Shown in pieces: positions 26,076 to 37,720 of a stretch of 64,000 nucleotides of DNA; position 1 is the stretch's first letter; each line of letters opens with the position of its first letter. The notes below the pieces were generated by a model that saw nothing but the letters and a program-made list of their open reading frames with translations, was not told the DNA's origin and ran no database searches. Source of the DNA: Mobula hypostoma (Eukaryota); the NCBI RefSeq assembly GCF_963921235.1, contig NC_086097.1:177942001-178006000 (forward strand). Direction: 5' to 3'. Made by a program: the position numbers and the translations under genes.

Positions 26076-29000
26076 TTGAATTGTTTTCAGTCCTGGTCGG
26101 CCCATTACAGAAAGGATATATTTTTTCTCTCTGCTAGATTATGTATTGCATTGAACTGCTGCTGCTAAGTTAACAAATTTCACGTCACATGCCGATGATA
26201 ATAAACCTGATTCTGATTCTGGATATTCAGAGTACATTTATTATTAAACTATGCATACTAAATACATCCTTGGGATTTGTCCACTCACAGAGAGCCACAA
26301 AACAAAGAAACCCAATAGAACCCATTAAAAGACCATCAAACACGCAATGTGCAAAAAAAGAACAAGTCATGCAAGCAATAAAAAGTAAGCAAGTAACATG
26401 CAGCAGTAAAGTTCACGAAAGTGAGTTCATAGCCACAAAGCCAATCACACCCGATCCAAGAGCCCGTTATTTGCAGGACCCAGCCTCAGTTCAATGCAGA
26501 GACAAGTAAATCTTGTCGAGCAGCTGACTGAACACTGGTCCCATCCGCTGCCTCTGGCCCCAACAACGTGATCTTTTAAATGTGTCCCGGTGATCAAATT
26601 GGCCAAACCTCGGCTTGTTCTTCACTCTCGGACCTGGGCTCTGCTGCTTCGATACACTCTTGGGCCTGAGGCATTGCATCTTGATCCGGCCTGTACCCAA
26701 CCTTTCAATCTGACCCGGCACTTAAATTGGTCAAATGTAGGGTCACTCCTTGCTCCTGGGCCCAGGCTGCTGCCTCGCCTCAGATCCACCACTTTGAATT
26801 GGCTCCGTCCACTCCAGAAATGGCCATACACTGGCTCATTCAGAATTCTCCTGTCGTTTCGATTCAGCCTGTGCACGCCATGATGGGCAACCATTCTGCA
26901 CCTTCAAGACATCAGTTCACACTGCAGACATGCCAGGTCATATAGGCGGTTCAAATGCTCAACTCCAAAAGGGAAGTTACAGTCTATTGATTGCAGTGAT
27001 CATTTTGGAGAGACTGCAGAAGAGGTTTACCAGGATCCTCCCTGGTTTAGAGGGCATGTGGACTAACCTGGGTGCTTACTCTGGAGTGACAGAAACTGCG
27101 GGAGATCGGATAGAAGTTCGTGAAGTTATGAGAGGCATAGATAAGGTAAGTAGGTAGAGCCTTTTCTTTTAGGGTAGAAATGTCTACTACCAGCATTTAA
27201 GGTGAAAAGGGGTAAGTTGAAAGGAGATGCTTTCATTTTTCACATGGAGAGTGGTATATGCCTGAAGTGTGCTGTCTGGGAGAGTAGTGCAGACAAATAC
27301 AGCAGAGGCATTCAGGAGGCTCTTAGGCACATGAATGTGCAGGGTATGGAGTGGTATGTATAGATGTTGTGTAGACAGAGGGGATTAGTTTAGCTGGGGG
27401 CATTTGATTCCAAATTAGTTTGGCATAATATCGTGGGCTGAAGGGTCTGTTCCCATGTTCCATGTTCTATTTTTCAAGGTAGAACATCTTCAGTGAAGAG
27501 GTCAGAGGTCCATGGACACCAAATACTCACGATATCATCTTGGAACAATTCTGGTGGATGTCCACTGATCAGAAATGTCAAATCTTTTCACCAATTGTAT
27601 CCTGCTATCAATCTATTTATTTGCTGATCCTGTTTCTCCTCATTTTTCCAGTCTCTGTGCTTAAGATCACTTTGTCCATCAGAACTAAAACAGTTTCACA
27701 GAATCATACAATATTTACAACAAAGAAAGAAGTGTATGTTCTGGGTGGATGTACAATGAGAGGTGTTTTCAAAGATGGGCTGAGGGTCCAGCATTTTCCC
27801 TACAAATGGCTAAGTAAGCTCATGAGGCAGGAAATCTCCTGCTGAATTTTTAAGTTGTGATGTGCGTGAGGCAGAATAAGTATGCTTTAAACACAGGTTG
27901 TTGTGTTGTAAATGGGTAACATGTGAATTGTGACTCCCAAGAATTGGGAAGCCTGGGTCCGATTAGCAATGCATCTCTCTGCTCAGTCGTTGGTTGATTT
28001 TATTGGCATTTTAATAGTGATGTCTGCCTAATATGATAATTAGGTTTGATGATTATACACATCCTGTCAGTTGGTAGGCTTAAAGCATTGACAGGGCTTT
28101 GTGCAGAGATGCTGTGGTGAGTAGTTTGTTGCAGTCTATATTGGTTTTGCTTATAATACTTAGGGGTTGCCAGCATGACGTTGATGTATTGCTTCACCAG
28201 CAATGCACTGGAAAAGTTCTCAACTCCAGATGTTATAAATGAGATCCCAAGCTTGAAGTCCATCAAATTTGGAGGAGCTATTCAGTGACTTCATCCTTTT
28301 CTGAATCTCTTAAACAGATCATTACCAAACAGAAGATTATTTTAATAATGGGACGGAATTACTGTAAGGCTATTTTGTTGCATTTATATTGTTCTTTTCT
28401 CAAGCATGTACATTCCAAGCAGTTTGCAATTATGAATTACTATTGAAGTAATGTAATGTAGAAAACTTGGCAGTTCCCCCAGAAAGTGACAATAATTATC
28501 TATATTTGCTGATGCTGATTGTCTGCTTAGACCAGAGCTCCCTTGTTCTTTAAGCTAGTTTTCCATCCAGGAGAGTTCAAGCCCAGGATGATGATTAAAG
28601 TCTCTGGATTACTCACACGGTAATGAAAACAATAAGGGCAGGAAATTCTCAGCAGATCAGGCAGCGTCTATTGAAAAAGAAATATTTCAGGTCCAGGAAT
28701 TTCACCTAGACTTAAAATATTAACTGTTTATCTTTCCACTGATGCTGCCTGATTTTCTGTGAGCTTCCTGTGTTTTCAGTTTTTATTTCAGCTCCTGGCA
28801 TCTTCAGTTTTGTTGTTTATTTTTCATTTGATAGCTGAGTAATGTTGTTTAGTTTTGTATAATGTATTGAACAAGGCTCTCTTGTCAGTACAGCCCTCCC
28901 TTCGTGGAGAGAAAACGCGTTTAAGTGAATTTTCTGGAGTATCAAATATGCTCCTCAAAGCTCAAAGTAAATGTATTACCAAAGTACATATTACCCTGAA

Positions 29001-29559
29001 ACACATTTTCTTGCAGGCATTCACATTATGAAGAAAGAAATACAATAGAATCAATGAAAAACCTCACAGGAAAGAGATGGATAAACAACCAATATGCAAA
29101 TACAAAAAGAAGAGAATAAATAAATTAAACAAATAAATAAGCAATAAATATTGAGAATAATATTATAATAATAATAATAAAAAGATTTGAAAAGGAAAGG
29201 AGAATAAGAGTTGTAGAGTCCTTAAAAGCGAGTCAATGGGTTGTGGAATTCAGTTCAGTACTGGGGTGAGTTAAGTGCCTAATGGTTGAGGGGTAATAAC
29301 TGTTCTTGAAACTCGTGGTGTGAGACTTGAGGCTCCTGCACCATCTCCTTGATGGTAGCAGTGAGAAGGGAGCATGGCCTGGATTGTGGGGGTCCTTGAG
29401 GGATGCGACAGTGCCCCTTATATGTGTGCCCAGTGGCGGGGAGGGTTTTACTTGTGATGAACTAGGCTATGTCCACTACCTATTGAGTCCTTGGTATCGA
29501 TCACCCATTTACACTCATCCCTTTTTATTCTCCCCACATTCCCATCAACTCTGTCCCAA

Positions 29560-29772
29560 TTCTACTGCACACCCACACACTGGGGTAATTTGCAGCTAAC
29601 CTACCAACATTCCTTTCCTTGGGTATGGGAGGAAATCCGTCCACCCAGGGGAAACTGCAGATTCACAATGAGAACGCGCAAATTTCACACTGGCACCGCT
29701 GGAGATCAGGATTGAACCTGAACTTGAATCTCTGGTGCTGTGAGGTAGTAGTTCTACCAGCTGTACTCAGTG
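29560..29772 (-). mobile_element. V-SINE fragment
   Basis: Reverse complement of the V-domain and tRNA-like head (gggaggaaatcc...ggattgaacc...gctgtgagg). Confidence 0.6.
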
Positions 29773-29889
29773 GGACATGAACCCTTTGGATCCCATTGCA
29801 GAAGGAAGAACATAAGTTGTCTCATAAAAAGCTTCTATTTAGCTGTAGTATAGAGTGCTAACAGAATATTCAGAATTGGGAGACCACAG

Positions 29890-30450
29890 TCAATGTGGAC
29901 CATCAGTAACATCTCTTCCTCACTGATAATTAACAGTGGCATAACTCGGGGAAGTGTGCTTAGCCCGCTGCTCTACTCTCTCTACACCCACGACTGTGTG
30001 GCTAGGCACAGCTCAAATGCCATCTATACATTTACTGATGACACAGCTATCGTTGGCAGAATTTCAGATGGTAATGAGGAGGCGTACAGCAGTGAGATAG
30101 ATCAGCTGGTTGAGTGGTGTCGCAACAACAACCTTGCACTCAATGTCATTAAGACCAAGGAACTGATCGTGGACTTCAGGAAGGGGAAGTTGGGGACACA
30201 CACACACACACACTGGTCCTCATCGAGGGATCAGCAGTAGAAAGGGTGGGCAGTTTCAAGTTCTTGGGTAACAACATCTCTGAAGATCTACCCTGGGCCC
30301 AACATATTGATGGCATTACAAAGAAGGCACAACAGCAGTGATATTTCATTAGGAGTTTGATGAGACTCAGTATGGCACAAGATTTGCACAAATATTTACA
30401 AGTGTACTGTGCAGAGCATTCTAACTGGTTACATCACTGTCTGGTATGGG
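29890..30450 (+). mobile_element. Rex1/Babar-type non-LTR RT fragment
   Basis: GSVLSPLLYSLYTHDC...FTDDTAIVG...LVEWCRNNNLALNVIKTKELIVDFRK. Confidence 0.85.
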
Positions 30451-31669
30451 GTGGGGTCCCTTATTTTAGGGAAATAATTAAAAAGGTATAAAAAGACAAG
30501 CTACTGAGTAACAAATTATGTATTTAAGTGAAATACAGAATCAGTGTCAGGTTTAATATCACTGGCATATGTCATGAAATTTGTTAACTTAGTGGGGCAG
30601 TACAATGCAATACATGATAAATATAAGAAAAAAGGAATTACAGTAAAAAAAAATACATATTAAATAGTTAAATTAAATAAGTAGTGAGGTAGTGTTCATG
30701 GGTTCAATGTCCGTTTAGAAACTGGATGGCAGAGGGGAAGAAGCTGTTCCTGAATTGCTGGGTCTTCGGGCTTCTGTACCTCCTTCCTGATTGTAGCATT
30801 GAGAACAAAGCATGCCCTGTATGATGGGGATACTTAATAATGGACATTGGCTTTTTGAGACGTTGCTGCTTGAAGATGTCTTGGATACTATCAAGACTAG
30901 TACCCATAATGGAGCTGACTAATTTTACAATACTGTGCAGCTTACATCAATCCTGAGCAGTTGCTCCTTCCCCCCACCAGACGGTGATGTAGCCAGTTAG
31001 AATGTTCTCCACGTTACATCTGTAGAAATTTTCAAATGTTTTAAGTGACATATCAAATCTCCTCAAACTCCTCTCACCTTAAACCTATGTCCTCCAGTTC
31101 TTGGTTTCTCTTCCCTGGGAAAAAAGACTGTGCATTCACCCTATCTACATATCTGTCTACACTTCTGATATAGATATTCAGACAATTATCTGTCTATACT
31201 TTTCACTGCCTCAGTAAGGCAGCCAGCATAATTAAAGACGACACTCGTACATTCTTTCATCCTTCTTCCATTGGGCAGAAGATGCAAAAGCCTGAAAGCA
31301 TGTACCACCAGGCTCAAGGATAGCTTCTACCTTGCTGTAATGTACTAAATGGCTCCCGAGTACAATAAAATACAGTCTTGAACTCACAGCCTATCCAGTT
31401 GTGATCTTGCACCTTATTGCTTACCTGCACTGCAGCTGTTGCACTGTTCTGCATTGTTATTGTTTACCTTGTTGCACCATGAACAGTAGGCAAGCTTTCC
31501 ACTGTACCTCTGTATATGTGACAATAATAAATTCTAATTCCCTCATGATCTTATACATCTCTATACGATAACCCCTCAATCTCCTATGCTCCAAGAAATA
31601 AGTCCCTAGGTTGCCCATCTTCACACTAAATTAGATCTCTGTCTACTGGCATCATTCTTGTAAACAGTG

Positions 31670-32350
31670 ATCTCTCTAACTTCTGATAATTACTTCCCCT
31701 CCCTCTTCTTTCTTTATCAGTTCCCTATTCTGGTTCTCCTGTCACCCCGTCTCTTCTCCTCACCTGCCCATCACCTTCCTCTGGTGCTCCTTCTTCCCTT
31801 CAGTGGTCTACTGCAGTGGTCCCCAACCTCTGGGCTGTGGACCAATACATTGCCGCAAAAAATGCAGCGGTAGCTGGAACGCACACAACATATCTTTAAG
31901 AAAAAAGCTGAAATAAACAAGCTAATTCAGGCACCTAATTAATTAGCTTGTTTATTTTGGCTTTTTTCTTAAATATGTGCTAGGTGCGTTCAAGCTACCT
32001 CTGCATTCTTCGAGGCAGTGTATCAGTTCGTGGCCCGGAGGTTGGGACCACTGGTCTACTGTCCTCACTATCAAATTCCTCCTCCTTCAGTCCTTTATAT
32101 CTTCTGCCTATCACCACTCCTCTCCCAACCACCAAGCCTCATCTATCACTTGCCAACTTGTACTTCTCCTCCCTCTCCCCCACCTTCTTGTTCTGGCTTC
32201 TGCTCCCTTTCCAGTCCTGATGAAGGGTCTTTGCCTGAAATGTAAACTGTTTAATCCCCTCCATAGATGCTGCTTGACTTGCTGAGTTCCTCCAATACTT
32301 TGTGTGTGTTGCTCAGGATTTTCAGCATCTACAGAATCTTTTATGTTTGT
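31670..32350 (+). mobile_element. Penelope-derived non-autonomous tail element with hammerhead core (32212-32249), interrupted by a MITE
   Basis: CAGTC-CTGATGA-AGG(GTCTTTG)CCT-GAAA-TGTA-AACTG followed by the family tail gatgctgcttgacttgctgagttcctcca. Confidence 0.7.
31814..32053. mobile_element. Palindromic hAT (Charlie-like) MITE, 240 bp
   Basis: Ends CAGTGGTCCCCAACCTC / GAGGTTGGGACCACTG; 8-bp TSD GTCTACTG (31806-31813 / 32054-32061); arms complementary almost to the centre. Confidence 0.9.
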
Positions 32351-32885
32351 TCATGTAAACTTTCGTTATACTCTTTCTAGCTTAATCATATATAACATAT
32401 ATAAAATATTATATATTATATCATTTTTATATACATAAAGAAGTACAGAATCTAAAATTTTTACACAGTACTCCAAGTGTGGCTCACTGAAAATTTATGC
32501 AACTCTTGGCTTGAAGCTATTACGGAAAGATAATTTATATCATCACTGTCATAGATGTGAATACCACATGAACACAGAAAATAAATAATTTTATTTAAAA
32601 AGGGAAGCATCTATGAAGAAATTTGCGAACATTGTGCAGGATAAGACTGCTAATGATGTGTGTAGGGCTCTCTAATTAACGTGCAAATGCTCAGATTATG
32701 CAAAACATTTAAATGATAGGCTGAACCAAAGCTAGAGTATTGTATCCAGTTGTGAGAACATTAAACTGTACAGCACAAGAACAGGTCCTTCAGCCAATGA
32801 CATCTATGCCAAACACAATGCCTAATTAAACTAAACCTGTTCTGCTTGGACAAGATCCATATCTTCCATTCCCTGAATACTTGTG

Positions 32886-34391
32886 TATATATCTAAGAGT
32901 GTTGTATCTGCTTCGACTACCACTCCTGACAGCCCGTTCCAGGCACCTACCATTCTCTGTAAAGAAGCCTGCCTCACACATTAAAACTTTCCTCATCTTG
33001 ACTCAAATGCGTGTCGCGGAGTACTTGGCATTTCTATCCTGGGAAAAAGATTCTATCTACCCTATCTATGCCTCTCATAATTTTATAAACTTGTATCGGG
33101 TACAAGTGAGAAATTTGAGAAGAACCATTAGTGTCTTTGAAGGGTGATTTATTCAGATGTTGTCAGAGATTTCAGTTATCTAACAGTGTCCTCCATTGTA
33201 CAGAAGTAGTAGTGGTTGGGAGGGGGAGGGGCTGATTGGTGGTCTGCTGTTGTTCTTAGAACAGAGATGGTTAGGGGGCATTGCTTATAACTTATAAATG
33301 ATTCCATTAGCAAGTACAGGAAGAAAATAACAAAATATAATTTTACAATTAGTCAAATTCTGGGAAACATCCAGTACTAGGAAGGGTTAGTCAGTGGTGT
33401 TTTATTTCCATGATTAACAGCAGGTTTATTGGTGTCTACAAGATTTGCCTTCAGTTTAATTGAAAGGGGTGGGCAGAGGGAAGGGGCAGTGGAAAAAATT
33501 GTGGAAAGTGGGTTGTTGTGGCCCAAGTTGCAATACCTGAAGGAATATTGGAAGTAGATTATTCAAGAGCTGTTGATAGAGAATAGCTTGAAGAGGGAAT
33601 TTTGCCAGAGTATTGGATTGTAGCAGAGCTGGGAGTGGGGATGGGGATGGGGGTGGGTAGGTGCAACTGCATCTTGTACTCAACATACACCAGCACGGTG
33701 GAATAAATGTCTTGCAGTGTTTCTGTGGCACCAATCCATCGTTCCTCTGTGCACTGTCTCTGGGGGATGTTGATCTAATTCGTATTCCTTCCGCAAACCT
33801 TGTTGTAGTTAACTGGATCAGCACATTTGTGGATGACACCAACATTTGGGGTGTAGTGGATAGCAAGGAAGACCATCATGACTTGCAGTGGGATCTGGAC
33901 CAGCTGGAAAAATGGGCTGAAAAATGCAGATGGAATTTATTCCAGACAAGAATGACGTTTTGCATTTCAGTAGGACCAACCAAGACAGATCTAACACAGT
34001 GAACTGTAGGGCAGTGAGGAGTGCAGTGGATCTGGGAATACAGGTCCATAATTCATTGAAAGTGATGTCACGGGTTGATAGGGTCATAAAGAAAGCTTTT
34101 GGCAGATTGGCTTTCATATTGAATACAGGAGATGGGATGTAATGTATAAGACATTGGTGAGGCCCTATTTGGAGTATTGTGTGCAGTTTTGGTCACCCAC
34201 CTCCAGGAAAGCTGTAAATAAGGTTGAAAGAGTAGAGGGAAAATTTATAAGGATGTTCTCAGGTCTGGAGGATTTGAGTTATATGGAGAGATTGAATCGG
34301 TTAGGACTTTATTCCTTGGAACATAGATGATTGAGAGGAGATTTATTAAAGGTATACAAAATTATGAGGGGTATAGAAAGGGTAAATGCAA
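32886..34391 (-). repeat. Inverted duplication, copy B
   Basis: See copy A; the CR1 fragments on both sides continue beyond the shared block in this copy. Confidence 0.95.
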
Positions 34392-34692
34392 GCAGGATTT
34401 TTCCACTGAGGGTGGGTGGGACTACAACTGGAGGTCATGGGTCAAGGGTGAAAAGTGAAACGTTTAGGGGTAATAGAAGGGGAAACTTTTTCACTCGGAG
34501 CTGCCAGCGTAAGTGGTGCACGAGGGCTTGATTTCAACATCTAAGAGAAGTTTGGATAGCTACATAGATGGTAGTGGCATGGAGGACTATGTTTGCTATG
34601 CAGGTCAATGGGAATTGGCAGTTTAAATAGTTCAGCACAGACCAGATGGGTTGGAGGGCCTCTTAATATGCTGTATTTTTCTATGACTCTAT
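33812..34692 (+). mobile_element. CR1 3' fragment with tail
   Basis: WISTFVDDTNI; YKTLVRPYLEYCVQFWSP; ends in ctatgactctat. Confidence 0.88.
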
Positions 34693-37419
34693 CACCATTT
34701 GTCATGTCGATTGTCCTGCCTATGTGTTGTAATCTCTTACTCCACTTTAGTCAGAGTTGTACATAATGGAAACAGGGTCTTCAGCCCAACTGGCTCATGC
34801 CAGCTGTCTTGCTCAGTGAGCTACTTGCATCTGCCTGTTTGGTCCATAGCCCTCTAAACCTTTCCTATCCGTGTACTTAACAAGATAGCTTTAAATGCTA
34901 CTAATGCGTTGCCTCAACCAGTATTTCTGGCAGCTCATTCCAAATATACACCAACCCCTGCGTGAAGAAGCTGTCCCTAATGTCCCTTTTAAATCTCTCG
35001 CCTCTGACCTTAAGCATATATCCTCTTGTTTTTTTAGCACCCCCTCCGCTCCAGAAAAAGATGATGTGCTTTCACAATTTCTGTCAGCTCACACAAATCT
35101 CCTACATTCCAAGAATAAGGTCTTAGTCTGCACAAACTCTCTTTGTAACTTTCCAAGTCCAGGCAGTATCCTGGTAAATCTTTCCTGTGCTCCTTTTAGC
35201 TTAATAACATATTTTCTATAACAGTCTGTACATGATACACCAAGGGTGGACTCAACAATGCCTAAAGTAACCCAACTCCTATACTCAGTGCCTAAAATGA
35301 TGACAGTCAATGTGCCAAACGCTTTCTCCACCCACTACCCACTTTAAGTGAACTGCACACTTGCACTCCTAGGTCCCTCTGTCCCCAGGACCCTACATTT
35401 CATGGTATAGGTCCTAACCTTTATTAATTTTGGTTAAGTCCTTGTGCAATATTGCAATCTGTTCTGCTTTGACTTGCAAACTCATTCCGTAAACCATGCT
35501 AAATGTTACTTCAAAACCCTAAAGCACTGGCAAGTTTCACTGGCTGTGCAAGTTCGTGCCTAGTTTGGTTGTTAAGCTGTGACCTTGTTTCATTTCTTTC
35601 TAGTTTTTTTCCTTCACTGTTTTGAAACTTCAAGGTGGATGTGAGGCAGAAGTTGCACAGGGAAATTTATATCAGCCAAAGGCTTCAGGAGAAATAATCT
35701 CCCACACTTGCCTGCAGTAAAATAGTGAATATTGAATGAGACCTCTTTCTAATATGAAAAATATCTCCTAGGGAAATATTTCAAGGTTTTGATCAGGCTT
35801 TTCTTGAAAAAGCCGTGAATTTAATATTAATAAAGCAACAGGAAGTCTGGCAACCAGCAAGCTGTAAGTTTTTTATGCTTGGTAATGATTAATGCACAAT
35901 TAAGTTTTTCCCCAAGGCAACATCAGGACTGAAAGAGTTAATATGTGAGCATAGGGTGCACAAACTTCTCTGGAATGTGAGGGGGTTAAGAATGGCAAAG
36001 CAAAACAAATGAGCAGAACCTTAAGATTAGTGGTGGTGTCAGGAGGGAACTTCCTGATACAGAGGGCAGTGGAAACCAGGAATCCTTCCCAACACAAGGA
36101 CTGAAATAAATAACCGTAAGATGTAGGAGCAGAAATTGGGCTACTCAGTCCATTGAGACTTTCTACCATTCTGTGAGATTTTCTTTTCTCAATCTCATTC
36201 TCTTTGCCTTCTCCCCATAACCCTTAATTCCCTTACCAATACGAACCTATCAATCTCTGCCTTAAAGATATTCAATAATTTGGTCTCCACTGATTCCCCA
36301 CCCTGTAGCTGAAGAGATTCATCCTCATCTCTGTTCTAAATGGGCATTCCTTTACTCTGGGGATGTGCCTTTGGATCCTAGACTCTTCTACTGATGCAAA
36401 CATCTCTACATCCACTCCATCCAGATGCAGGTTCAGATTTGTTTATCATATGTATATTGAAACATACAGTGGAATGCGTCATATGCATTAACAACCAACA
36501 TATCCAAGATGAACTGGGAACAGCCTGCGAGACTTTCAATATTCGCTATGTTTCAGTAATACGCCCCCCTCATCCTTCTGAACTCCATTGAGTACAGGCC
36601 CAGAGACATCAAATGCTCCTCATGAGAAACTTTTCATTCCCAGGGTCATTCTTGTGAACTTCCTCTGGACTCTCTCAGGGCGAGCCCATCTTTGTTGAGA
36701 TGTGGGGCCCAGAATTGTTGACAGTATTCCAAATGTGGAATGACCAACCAAATGGAAAACTTCAAAAACTGATGTAGATTGATTTTTATTAAGAAGCAAA
36801 TTTACTGTTTGGAATCTGGGAAGGCAGCCATGATCCTTGTGAATAAAAGGACTTGTTCAAGGAACTTAACAGGCTTCCCTGTCAGTATTCTTTTGTTGTG
36901 ATTTATAAACTAGACTTCACCAGATTTGTACAGCAAATAAGCTGATTAAAACAAATCTTTAAATAGTTTCTCTGACCTATATTACAGCCTCTTGCATGAT
37001 TATAACCACCAGTCATACAGTCTATAGCAGTTGAGTAAAAGGATAACTTTCCCCCTTTTAAGGGTCTTCACACTTTGCATTTCAAGATTCAGACTGGATA
37101 TCTGACTGGATGGGTTTTAGTCTGAGATTTGCATCATACAACAGAAAATAGTTTTGAGATGAGAAAGATTTCATTGGAACTTCAGGGGCAACTCTTAAAC
37201 ACAATAGGTGGTACCTTTGTGGAATGAGCTGCCAGTGGAAGTGGTTGAGGCAGGTACAAAACAACTTTCTAAAAGACAATTGAACAGGTACATGGATTGG
37301 AAAAGTTTAGAAAGGTGTGGGCAAATGGGTCTAGTTGGTTGGTGTGGATCAGTTGGACCGATAGGCCTGTTTCAGTGCTGCATAACTCTATGACTCGAAC
37401 AAACAACTTAAACAAAAAT

Positions 37420-37720
37420 TCCCCCCCCCCCTTCTCCTTAGTCCTCCCATCCCATGATCCTCTCATATCCCTTTTGCCAATCAACTGTCCAGCTCTTGGC
37501 TCCATCCCTCCCCCTCCTGTCTTCTCCTATCATTTTGGATCTCGCCCTCCCACTTTCAAATCTCTTACTATCTCTTCTTTCAGTTAGTCCTGATGAAGGG
37601 TCTCGGCCCGGAACGTTGACTGTACCTCTTCCTAGAGATGCTGCCTGGCCTGCTGCGTTCACCAGCAACTTGGATGTGTGTTGCTTGAAATTCCAGCATC
37701 TGCAGATTTCCTCGTGTTTG
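37420..37720 (+). mobile_element. Solo Penelope tail/pLTR of the same young family
   Basis: cccatgatcctctcatatcccttttgccaatc...gatgctgcctggcctgctgcgttcaccagcaac is shared with 45860-46095 and 54350-54585. Confidence 0.88.

Noticed and set aside
37585..37622. Active hammerhead in the solo Penelope tail
   Set aside because: Core GAAA reads GGAA; counted as a decayed family member only.
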